Shown in pieces: positions 11,291 through 22,490 of a DNA stretch of 64,000 nucleotides (the stretch's first letter is position 1; each line of letters begins with the position of its first letter). The stretch comes from Azolla caroliniana (Eukaryota; Plantae; Polypodiophyta). Location: NCBI GenBank assembly GCA_043228905.1, contig JBHGNT010000011.1, positions 62,001 through 126,000 of the forward strand, in the 5' to 3' direction. The translations under genes and the position numbers were made by a program. The notes beneath the pieces are model-generated. The model was not told where the DNA came from and made no database searches. It saw only the letters and a list, made by a program, of their open reading frames with translations.

Positions 11291-12980
11291 CAGGGCAAAC
11301 AAAAGACTTTGGGTGTCTCAAGAAAAGTACATTGAGAAGGTACTTGAGAGATTCAACATGGCTAAGAGTACACCGGTCAACACTCCACTCGCGGGCCACT
11401 TTAAACTTAGCTCAGCTCAATGCCCTACGAGTGATGAAGATCAAGAAGGAATGAAACAAATACCATATGCCTCTACAGTCGATAGTTTAATGTATGCTAT
11501 GGTATGCACAAGGCCAGACATTGCTCACACATTTGGTGTTGTGTGTCTTTTCCTCTCAAACCCTGGAAAAGATATTGGGAAGCAGTGAAATGGATCCTGC
11601 GATATCTGAGGGGTACCTCAAGAGTCTATCTGAAATTTGGTGAGAACCAAACTATAGTAGATGGATATACAGATGCCGATATGGCTAGGGATGTTGACTC
11701 CAGAAAGTCTAGATCTGGTTACCTAATGATCTTTGTAGAGGGAGCGGTCTCTTGGCAATCGAGATTGCAAAAATGTGTGGCATTATCCATAACAGAGGCC
11801 GAGTATATTGTTGTCACAGAAGCTAGTAAGGAATTATTATGGCTAAAGAAATTCCAACAAGAGTTGGGGCTTATTCAAGAAAGATACATTTTGTATTCAA
11901 CAAGTGTTATACATGTAAGTAAGAATTCTTCCTTTCATTCAAAGTCAAAACACATAGATGTTAGATACCATTGGATTAGAGATGTGCTTGAAGAAAAGCA
12001 AATGCACATTGAAAAGATTCACACAAATGAGAATGGCTCCGACATGATGACAAAATGTTTGTCAAGGGAGAAGCTTGAAGTTTGCAAACAAAAGGAAAAC
12101 CTAGTTGTGCCCCCCACTTGAGATGGAGGGGGAGAATTGTTGGGGCTTGTCCACTCAAGTGGAGCCCACAACATTGAGTCGGTTGAACGCCGAATAGGCT
12201 TAATGCTAATTAGTTGCATTTATATATATATATATATGCCTCTATTTTTCCTTTTTGTATGTTTTCTTTCCTTTGGGTCTTTTGTGTGTGTGAGTGTGAA
12301 CACAGGTATGTAGACGTTGGACAACAAGAAGAAAAAGAAAAAGGGGGGGGAAACAGGCAGTGCAGAGCAAAAACAGAAAACTGAGGGAAGAACAGAAAAC
12401 TGAGAGAGAGAGAGAGAAACAGAAAACGAAAGAGCGAGCAAGAGGAAGAGTGAACTATTGTCACAGATACAGAGACCTGCGAGGGGTTGTTCATGCTATC
12501 GAAGAACCACGATCAAACAACACATGTCTTGTCTACTTGTTTCAGGTTTCTTCATTTTATGTTTTTCTAGTTTCCGTTTCCTTTTGGTTTTCATCCACCC
12601 AGTTGGGTGAAGAACTGTAAGGTTATTTGCTTGTTGGTTTATCCACCCAATCGGGTCAGAATCGTAGCCAAGGTTGTTGCCTTAAGGCTAGTACATCCTC
12701 TCTAGTCAAAACCTAGAGAGTCTGTACTCAGTTGTATTCGTTATTGTGTAGCCAAGGCTATTGCCTTGAGGTTTGTACACTCCTCTAGTGAGGTCGTATC
12801 TCATTGTACTCCAAATCATAGTGAAATTGTTTGGAACCTACAGTTCCTGTGGTTTTTCCCTATTTTGGGTTTTCCACATTAAAAACCTTGGTGTACTCTC
12901 ATTTTGTCTTGTGATTTCATCTAGTATTAATTGTGCTTGAAGTTTTTTAATCATCTCGATTCCACTCGATATTCCCATCA
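11285..12980 (+). mobile_element. Ty1/copia (Tnt1/Tork-like) 3' remnant: RT C-terminus, RNase H, PPT, 3' LTR
   Basis: SQEKYIEKVLERFNM..IPYASTVDSLMYAMVCTRPDIA; GYTDADMA..SKHIDVRYHWIRD; PPT GATGGAGGGGGAGAAT 12122-12137; LTR 12138-~12980. Confidence 0.92.
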
Positions 12981-13399
12981 CTTTCTACCAAGCGTGTGAA
13001 AAGCAAGCGATGAAAACCTAACTAAAGGTCCAATTTTTCCCTTATGGTTGAAGCAATGTTCGGTGGCGTGGCGACTAGTGGATGTGGGACGTGTAACTAT
13101 CCGATTCTGAAATGAACGCCGATGGTCTCATTAACCCAATTTACCAAGAGAGAATTCCCCTAACCATCATAATGTGATTAGGTCTGTTGGTTTTCATCGG
13201 GGAGGTCCTATGAGATGATTAGAGTGTATCTCATCACATTCCAAATCTATCAAATAATTGTAAAAGAGTAATGAATACAACGGATAAATACTTCTGGCAA
13301 AACTTGAAAGTATTCTCCTGCTTGCATACACTCCATAGCTAGGAAAAACAAAGCTTGCTAAAGTTCCCATCATTCTGACCATTTTATGATCTGGCATAG

Positions 13400-14225
13400 C
13401 TTCTTCCGACACTCCTCTTCATAGTGTCCGGGTTTTCCGCAGTACCCACATTCTGCTGGGTTTCGACGACTGCTTGGTCCAGCGTTGTGGTTCCCCCTTG
13501 CGCCAAACTCCCTGGGACCGCGTCTGTCCGCTTGCCATTGGTTGGATTTTGCGCTCTTGGTTTTGTCGGCCTTGGCTGTATTGGCCTCTCCTGCCGCGAT
13601 TGTGTCCTCTTCCTCCATCGAGGCTTGAGTATAACATTTGTCCATCGTGCGCCTTGTTCCTTTGACACACCTGATTCTCTTCGACCAGCAATAGTGATTG
13701 AAGATCGAAAAAGGAGGGAGGATTCTCCCTTGCGAGAACAACGGATCTTATCGCGCCGAACCGTGGTGCTAGGCCACCGAGGCAAATCTGCACCATTTCT
13801 TCATCATCAATACTGACATTGATGGATCCGAGGGCATCGCACAACTCCTTGATCTTCAAGGTGTAGTTTTCGATCGACATGTCCCTCTGTTGAATGTCGT
13901 TCAGCTCCTGGCGAAGCTGAAGCTTGCGTGTGGCCGTATTGGCTGCGAAAATCTTCTTAAGATTTTCCCATGCCTGTTTTGGTGTTTTTGCTTCTCTGAT
14001 GTATCCTAGCATATGATCATGTACGCATGATGCTAGGCAGTACAACACACGGCTTGCGGCCTGCTCCCACGTGGGATAGCTTTCGTGTATCGGGTTGGGC
14101 TGGTGTTCATGAGCTCCTTCGATGTAGCTCCAGTATCCTTGTCTGACAAGGTACTGATGCATCTTGTATTCCCAAGATGCGAAGTTCGTTTTGTCAAGCT
14201 TCTCAGTAGGAAGAGCGCTTCCCAT
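13400..14225 (-). pseudogene. Ty1/copia gag (UBN2-type) with CCHC knuckle, frameshifted
   Basis: MGSALPTEKLDKTNFASWEYKM...IKELCDALGSI; CGYCGKPGHYEEEC in the adjacent frame. Confidence 0.9.
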
Positions 14226-14227
14226 TT

Positions 14228-16543
14228 GATTATACGGCCTGAATCAAGGAATTTGTGACTCTCTCGCCTCTGTCAACGTGAATGTCGAGGAGGACGAGAT
14301 GGTTCAAGTGTGCCTTGGTGGGCTAGCATCCAAGTTTGGAGCTTTCTGAACAGTAGTCTGCATGAGGGAGAATACGCCTTCGTTCTTCGAGCTTCAGTCA
14401 ATGTTGCTCGTGGAGGAAAACCACGCGGGTGCGTCGACCGAGTACGCACACCGATGACAAGATGTTATACACGGAGGAGGATAGGCCTCGTAGTCATGGT
14501 GGATGAGGCGAGTCGATGTGTAATGGAGGCGAACGAAAAGAGCAGAACGTGTGCCATAATCGAAATAACGGGAGCAATTCCATACCCTCTAGAAGCAGGG
14601 GAAGTCGCCGGAAGACGGCAAGAGAAGGCCGCATCGGAATGCTCATAATCTAGCAAGAAAGGCCACGCAGAGAGTGAGTATTGGAAGAAGAGAGACGATT
14701 CGAACTGAGCCGGATCGAGCAAAAGAGACGCAGAGAGGCGTTAGAGGTTGCACTACACTGAGGGCTCTGAATGAGCCGAAAATGGATCGGGCCCTGCCTT
14801 CATAATGAAGCACAAGGCCAACTCAATGGTCGTGAACACCTCGAAATCAAGAGAGGTGTGGTATGTTGATTCCAGAGTGTCGAATCATATGGTGAGTCAC
14901 AAGGAATGGTTCTCGTACTTGGAGAAATCGGAAAATAAAGGAGTGGTCGAAACGGGAGACGACACTCCCCATACCATCGAACATGTCGGTGAAGTTCCCT
15001 TTCATCACGTCGGACAAAAAGGGAAACTCATGAACGTGTTGCACGTCCTGACAATAACGAAAAACCTAGTGTCGGTCGGTCAGATCGTCGACCAGGGCAT
15101 GCAAGTTTGATTCATGCATATCGGTTGCTACATTGAAGAAGAAGGTAAAGTCATCGCACAAGGGCGCCATAAAGGGAGGATGTTTATCCTCAATACAAAT
15201 CAAATCGGAACCACGTTGTTCACGAAAGGATAGAAAGTCGAGTCGGATATCGACCTGTGGCACAAACGGTTCGGCCACGCAAACTTCCCACAGCTTCATG
15301 AAATGCAAATGAAGAATATCGTTTTCGGGTTGCCGAAATTTCGGGGCCGTTGTCGTGAAGATTTCCGGCCACGGTGTGAAACCGGGATAGAATGGGCAAA
15401 TCGGTGGTGTGCAACATGTGCACATGCACTTGTATATTTGTGTAGTAAGAATAAGATAGCCAAAATGTAAGGGAAGGGTAATAATCTAAGGTACCAAAGG
15501 GGCACCACGGAATTCGTGGAGTGTAAATGTGATGTGCACTTGTAGACTAGGGAGAGGTACATAAGGAATAAGAGTGTAGGAGTGATGGGCATTGAATAGG
15601 ACGGCTAGGTGAGTGAGAGTTATGGCTAACGGTCTCAAGATCGAGATCAAATATTCTCCTTTGAAAAGGAGAAGGGGGAATTTGACCACTCATCTTGTAT
15701 TGTGCCTCTCCCCTTACATCTATAAAAGGGAGTGAGGGGTCACATTTGAAGGGGTTGCCTAATTTTGAGTGTGAGTGAGGTATACCACTTAGTCTAGGGT
15801 TCGCCTTCTTCCCATTTCATTTTAGGGTTAGGGTTTCGCTTAGGGTTTTCTTATTCTTCTTCTTCCTATTTATTCGCTTACGGTTTCTTATATCGTTTGG
15901 TGCAGCCTATGCGGCCACCATTATTGTAATCATTCATTTCTTAATATAACTTCTTGTTGAGTATCTTGACTCCATCTTCTTCTTATTCTATCATAATGTC
16001 ATATTCGTTCTCTTCTCCTCTTGAGCTAATCTTCCATTCGTTGTCTTAACCTTTCTCCTCTTCTCCCTAGTCCAAGACCCCCGTGGTCCCACCTAGGATC
16101 TACACGTACTCGCGGAACTTCGCGACACCGTAATGCCCAAGTTTGCGAAGCCTATCAAATGGGAAAACACCACGGACTTCCATTCCCCAATGAGCATAAT
16201 CGCAGTCGAAATCCGCTAGATTTGATCCATTTGGATGTTTGGGGACCGGCACAGAATGTGAGTCTCGGTGGAAACCGTTACTTCATAACCTTCATCGATG
16301 ACTTCACTCGACACACATGGGCATGCACGATCACGAAGAAGAGCGAAGTCTTCACATGTTTCCTGGAGGTGAAGAGCCTTGCGGAAAGGGAAACATGGTG
16401 CAAGATCAAATGCCTACAGTCCGATGGCGGGAAGGAGTATTTGTCCGACCAGTTCACAAGCTATCTACAGAAGGAAAGAATTCGACGCGAATTCTCGTGC
16501 AGCTATACGTCGGAGCAAAATGACATAGCCGAGCAGAAGAATC
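14228..16543 (+). mobile_element. Ty1/copia remnant (gag C-terminus, protease, GAG-pre-integrase, integrase), interrupted twice
   Basis: DEMVQVCLGGL; WYVDSRVSNHM; LWHKRFGH; IHLDVWGP..FIDDFTR..LQSDGGKEY; resumes only briefly after the TSD at 20276. Confidence 0.9.
15351..16127 (+). mobile_element. Solo LTR, TGTCGTGAAG family, perfect 4-bp TSD CCGT
   Basis: TGTCGTGAAG...ACACGTACTCGCGGAACTTCGCGACA; host frame PKFRGRNAQVCEA restored on removal. Confidence 0.92.
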
Positions 16544-16967
16544 TATTGAGAAATCGAATGCGGAATAGATCACAATAAGCAACTTACGTGCTAAAATACG
16601 AAATACACAAAAATACCAAAAAGACAAGTTCAACAATTCGGCGCACAGAGATTTACGTGGAAACCCTACAACGGGGAAAACCACGGGAACAGATTCTTCA
16701 CTATACAAAATAGTGGATATACAATACGGATATGAATACAACACTCTCCTGTTGTAGGTTTTAGAGTTAGGGTTAGGGTTAATGAGAATGATGATGATGA
16801 TGATTGATGATGACGAAGATAGACATGGTGAAATCGCAAAGATGATGAAGAGTATGATGGTGAGAGAGATTGAGATGAAGATGTTGAGAATTATTGAGAA
16901 GCATCGCGGGGTGGGGGGTGGTGCCTAGAATGGATCCACCCCCCTCCCAAGGGGGTTCAATGTTGAG

Positions 16968-17034
<67 letters not shown>

Positions 17035-19595
17035 AAAGAGAGATAGAGAGAAATGTTCATTCATGTTTCATTCATTCCCCATAAGGGGTTAAATAGTACA
17101 AGAGGGGGTAGATACATAGGGGTGTAAGTCCCCTCGAGCATTCATACTGGACACTCACTCACATCTCCTCATATCCATCCACATGCACACACGTGTGCAT
17201 GTGTTCACATACGTATAGACTCACAATTACATTTATGTCCCCTACACATACACAACAACATCATGATAACATTCGACCCTCGCTCATCACATTGACTCTC
17301 CGTACATCTCATACGGGGTAACACAATATGGCACGCCCGTGGGAGAGTGCCTTGCACGTCGATCCCACATGCCTTGATGATGATATTTCTTCGACCGGAA
17401 CTTCCATCGGTCCTTTCAACGATCGACTCCCTCGATCGGAGTGCTTGACTCGAACATCTTTGTCGGTCAGCAAATCTTTCCGCGACACAAACATTCTTGT
17501 TCTGTCGGCTTACGAACTTCGTCATGGGTCTAAAATAACATTGTGTGTATGTGTGTTCTTCTTTCTATTTTGTGAGTTATCGTGATTCAATTACATTGAT
17601 TTCATTCAAGTTGATGAGTTTTAAAAATGATGTATTATACCCTCAAATTTCTAAAATTTCGTTCCGTACCCTCACGGTTTTGAAATTTCATTTGCTAACC
17701 TCAAGTTTTTAAAATCTCACAAATGCCCCTCTCTTCTCTTTTTTCCTCTCTCTTGTTTTTCGGTTTCATCTATAATTTCACTTTTACTTTTAGGTCATTT
17801 TTTCCATTTTTCTATTTGTCTTCTTCTCATTTTCTTACATTTTTTTTTTCCCCCCCTTACATTTTGCGTCTTCTCTAGTCTTCTACTCTTGCGTGCTTCC
17901 TTCTTCTTGGTGTTAAGTGTTGCATCTTCTGTTCTTCTTGTCTTTCATTTCCTTTTCTCTGTTCTTCCACTGCTAATGGTGCTTCTCTTTCCTCTTTGTT
18001 TCATCGTTTCTCTTCTTTCTTTCTTTGCGAGTTCTTCTTGTTTGATGTCTTCTGCAAATCTTCTCTCTTTCTTCCTTTGTTTCTTCCACTTCTTCCTGTT
18101 CTATTTTGGTGTTTCGGGGTAGGGAGGAAACACGACCGTCACTCTCCCTTTGCTTGCACGTCATCTCCTTCTTTGTGCTGCCGCCGTCATTTCCGTTGCC
18201 CAACCGTGGTTGTCCGTCTTTGTCTGGTCCTTACGCCTGCTACCGCATCATCCTGCCGCTCTAATCGTTGATGTTCGGCCCGTCCGTTCTCGGCTGTTTG
18301 TCTGTGTCTCCGACTCCGTCCGGTCAGTCAGTCAGATCCGGCCGTTATTGTTTGTCCGGCCCATCGTTTCAACGTCATCGCCGTTCTGGCCGTCGGTTCT
18401 CCGGCCATTCTTGTCGCTTTTCGGCAGTGTCGTTGTTCTAGTTGTTGTCCAGTCGCTTCTCGGGCCGCTCCGATTGCTCATGTCCGGTCACTCTCCGGCC
18501 TATCCAACCGCTCGAATTGCTATTCGTCGTTGTCATCGTCTCCTTCGCTTTTCGGCGGCTCTGTCCTCGTCGCCGGCTCCGTCGCTTTTCGGTGTCCATG
18601 TCCCATCGTTTGGTTGTTGCCATTGTCATGGCTGTGCATTTCGGATATCGTCTCTGTTGCTCTTCGGCTCTGTCCGGCCATCGTCCCACTGTCTTCCAAT
18701 CGTGTGTCTGGTCTGTCCGTCTGTGTGGTCGCCTGTTCAGCCCATTTGACCCATCCTACTGTGTCTTGTGTCTTTTTGGTCGCCTTTGTCTAGTGCATCC
18801 ATCCGTATCTTTCCAGCGCTATTGGTTGATGTCGGGTTTGCATCTGCATCTCCTCCGTCTTCTTCGGCCCTTCGGTGTTAACCGTCTCCGGTTCTGGTTC
18901 CGATTCCGGTTTCGACTCACTCTGTGTTGCTTCTTTTAGAACCACCTCTCGTGCATTCTCAGCACATCCTGCCGGTCTCCGCTCCACACACTGCGACTTT
19001 CTCCGCAGTCTCCTGGTGGGCTTCTCTTTCCGGTCGTGCTGGCACCGGTTCCCACTGCATCGTTGTTTGTACAGCCGTGCATCTTGCACCACGCTTTCAA
19101 AAACACGCACATTGTCGCTAACCGCATCGGAAACCCGCACATTGACACTAATCGCAACCTCGCACAACCATTGTTGCCATTCATGCATTCCTCCATCGCA
19201 TCATCATTTCTTGCACTCGTACACAAACGTCATCGTTTCCATTTCTTCGCTTGCACATACATTGAACATCGTCGCCGTCATTTGCATGTTTCTGCCATTT
19301 CTCGCACATCATGCTACCACGTTCTCTTCTTGGACTTCTTCATCAAAGGGGGTCCGCCGTTGTGGTCGCCAAAAGGTGTTGTAGGTTTTAGAGTTAGGGT
19401 TAGGGTTAATGAGAATGATAATGATGATGATTGATGATGACGAAGATAGACATGGTGAAATAGCAAAGATGATGAAGAGTATGATGGTGAGAGAGATTGA
19501 GATGAAGATGTTGAGAATTATTGAGAAGCATCGCAGGGTGGGGGGTGGTGCCTAGAATGGCTCCACCCCCCTCCCAAGGGGGTTCAACGTTGAGG

Positions 19596-19638
<43 letters not shown>

Positions 19639-20275
19639 AAAGAGAGATAGAGAGAAATGTTCATTCATGTTTCATTCATTCCCCATAAGGGGTTAAATAG
19701 TACAAGAGGGGGTAGATACATAGGGGTGTAAGCCCCCTCGAGCATTCATACTGGACACTCACTCACACCTCCTCATATCCATCCACATACACACACGTGT
19801 GCATGTGTTCACATACGTATAGACTCACAATTACATTTATGTCCCCTACACATACACAACAACATCATGATAACATTCGACCCTCGCTCATCACACTGAC
19901 TCTCCGTACATCTCGTACGGGGTAACATCTCCCGAGTGTATCAGCCGCACATGGCTCTTCGCGTCTGCTGTTACAGCTATGGCGCGGCTCACTACACTCT
20001 TACTCTCTCTCACACACAATTTCTACTGTTCTAACTCTGTTCATCAACACCAAACTAAAGTTTGCCCTAGTTGTATATATTCTTATACAACTTCCTAACT
20101 ATTTACATATCTAGCCTCCATGAGGCGCACACTCAGACTATTTACAAATATAGTCTCCGAGTTGGCTATATACACGGTTTCGGTTTCGGTCCCTCATCAA
20201 CTCGGTTCTTGTCTTCGACTGTCAACTTTCCGAACAATCGGATCTTCCTCCCATTGGAGGGACAAATTCCCAACA
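16544..20275 (-). mobile_element. Copia-type solo LTR split by a nested element; 5-bp TSD GAATC
   Basis: TATTGAGA (decayed TGTTG)...CCCAACA; GAATC at 16539-16543 and 20276-20280; motifs shared with the LTR at 36345-36942 (GTGGAAACCCTA..AAAACCACGGG, CTATTTACAAATATAG). Confidence 0.85.
16750..19927 (-). mobile_element. Non-autonomous LTR element, 5-bp TSD TCTCC, tRNA-Arg-type PBS at both internal ends
   Basis: LTRs 16750-17323 and 19377-19927 (about ten substitutions by eye plus (GA)n length difference); TCTCC at 16745-16749 and 19928-19932; non-coding 2-kb interior. Confidence 0.95.
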
Positions 20276-20599
20276 GAATCAGACGAAAAGATTGTGAGTT
20301 TTAAAGGGAGGAGAAGGAGAAGGAGAAGGATTCAACGTAGAGGATTAACTATATTATTGCAGAGCAGGCAAAAAAACTTTGCACCAGTCTAACCCTAGAC
20401 CTTTGTAAGGAATTCTGAACCGGTTTGATTGGAGCAGAACCAGCCACTTTGGTTTGGACAAGGCCAAGCCAACTAAGCTAAAACTGAACTGTTATCGATT
20501 ACTAATTGCCCATCTCGAAAACATTCTTTGTAAAGACACGTTATGCTAACTTTAAATATGGTCTTTGTACTAAGTCTTTTCTTTTCGTCCGTCCATAGT

Positions 20600-22110
20600 T
20601 GTGGTGGTGGCAGTCAAGAAGTAGGTCATCTCCATCAGCCATCGATCCAAAAAATTCTTCTCATGCAGTGATGTTGTAGTGTAATCCGCTGAATATTAGC
20701 GTCGAGGAAATCATCATCTTGTTTTATTGCGTCGTTGCCGTTATCTATTCTGCTCAAAAAATTGGTTATGGCGTGTTGCGTACCTGGCCGATGTTGAATC
20801 GTGAATTCAAATTCCTAGAGAACTAGCATCCATCTAGCCAATTTCCCCGTTAACGCCTGCTTCTTGACTAAGTAGAGTAATGCCACGTGATCCACATGAA
20901 ATGTGAACTTCCGCCCTAGTATGTAATGTCGGAATTTGTTTATGTTGTAGATCATCCTAGGGCTTCACGCTCGATCGTTGAATAATTCTGCTCTACATCT
21001 GATAACTTAGGACTGGTGTAGTAGCACGATGTTGATTGCAATTTCAGAGGCATCCACAAATATGTGAAATGATCTAGTCCAATCTACGGGTTGTACGACG
21101 AGCGCTTGGGTCAACATTATTTTGAGTGCCTCGTACACCTTGTCTTCTATTGTCATCCATTTGGAAGGAGTACGATGTATTGCGACATGCAGGGGAGTTG
21201 GGAAATCCGCCAGGTATCGTAACATACGGTTGTGCCAGCGTATTTGCCCGAGGAAGCTAAGGCCTTTTGCGTTACTAGGAGTTCTTGCTTCAATGATAGC
21301 CTTAATTTTGTTGGGATCTATTGTTATCCCCTCCTTACTCACTATGTGAGCGAGACGTGCTCCATTGGTGACCCCAAATGCGCATTTAGTTGTATTAAGG
21401 CTGAGGCATGAGGTATGGCATCGTTCCAAACAGAGCCATAAATGGCCCAAATGTTCTCCTCGCATCCCAGACACCGCAAAGTCGTCGAGAAATACTTGCA
21501 TAAATGCAGGCATAGAACGTAATATTCGTGTTTGTGGAGGCATTCAAACGTTTGAAAACGAACACGTTTGAAAAGGGGAAAATACGTGCTCCTTTTTTTT
21601 TCTTTTTTCTTTTTTTCTTTTTTTTTCATTACAAATTTAGCTCATAATATAGAACATAGTCAATCCAATCAAACGTGTCAATCCAATCCAACTTTGAACT
21701 GATTTACCATTCACGTTTGTTTGAATCAAACATGCATGCAAATGCATGTATGATACGTATGGTTCATTCTATGAATGCATGTATAAATTCACCAAAAATC
21801 TCTGTAATCATCTGTTGGAAGGTGGTTGGGGCCGTCTTCAGACCGAACATCATCACTGCAGGGATGAACACTTCCCAGTCCGTGACGAACGCACCCTTCT
21901 CTTGATCGTTTGGGTGCATGCGTACTTGAATGTATCCGCTAAAGCCATACAAGAAACTATACATTTCATGGCTTGCGACCGCGTCTAGTATGCTATTTGT
22001 AAACAATAAGGGAAACGCGTCTGTAATTGTATCGGCATTTCGTTTACAGTAATCAATGCACACGCGTATTTTCCCATTTTTCTTCGGTACCACAACAATC
22101 GGACTCAAGC
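20600..22110 (-). pseudogene. Degenerate Ty3/gypsy RT-RNase H fragment, same lineage as 27484-28785
   Basis: SPIVVVPKKNGKIRVCIDY..VMMFGLKTAP..QVFLDDF..FVDASEIA; many stops. Confidence 0.9.
21511..21773. mobile_element. hAT-type MITE, 8-bp TSD AATGCAGG/AATGCATG
   Basis: Terminal inverted CATAGAA...TTCTATG; host RT frame GEFIPAFMQ restored on removal. Confidence 0.85.
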
Positions 22111-22124
22111 ATATGGTCTGCTCC

Positions 22125-22490
22125 TGTTTATCAGAAAGCTCATAGCTTCCTCGTCTGATATCGGATTTCTTTGTTCAAACATGCGAATCAAACCTCACAG
22201 AAAAGGCTATGATTTGGTATCGAAAAATCTAAATTTTGAAACTCAGGGCGAGAGACATGAAGAAAAAACCAAACTTGTGCCACAAATGACTACGGCACAA
22301 AGAAGAGCACCTGAGTAAATCATAAAGCTCAGAGGTTGCTACTCTGATATCGGATGTTTGAGTTGAAATATGTGAATCCAAGCTAATGGAGCAAGCTATG
22401 ATATGGAATCAAGAAATCTAAAATTTGAAACTCAGGGCGAGAGACATGAAGGAAAAACCAAACTTGTGCCGCAAATGACGAAGGCATAGA
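22125..22490. repeat. ~188-bp tandem repeat, 2 units (left part of a split array)
   Basis: GAGAGACATGAAG..AAACCAAACTTGTGCC recurs at ~22251 and ~22439; same unit at 35440-36344. Confidence 0.9.

Noticed and set aside
16755-16782. TTAGGG repeats suggesting interstitial telomere
   Set aside because: Only 2-3 units, inside LTRs (telo-box-like), repeated at the same position in both LTRs.
17889-19434. Long ORFs inside the dual-PBS element
   Set aside because: Low-complexity pyrimidine-rich DNA open in several frames; no gag/pol motifs.
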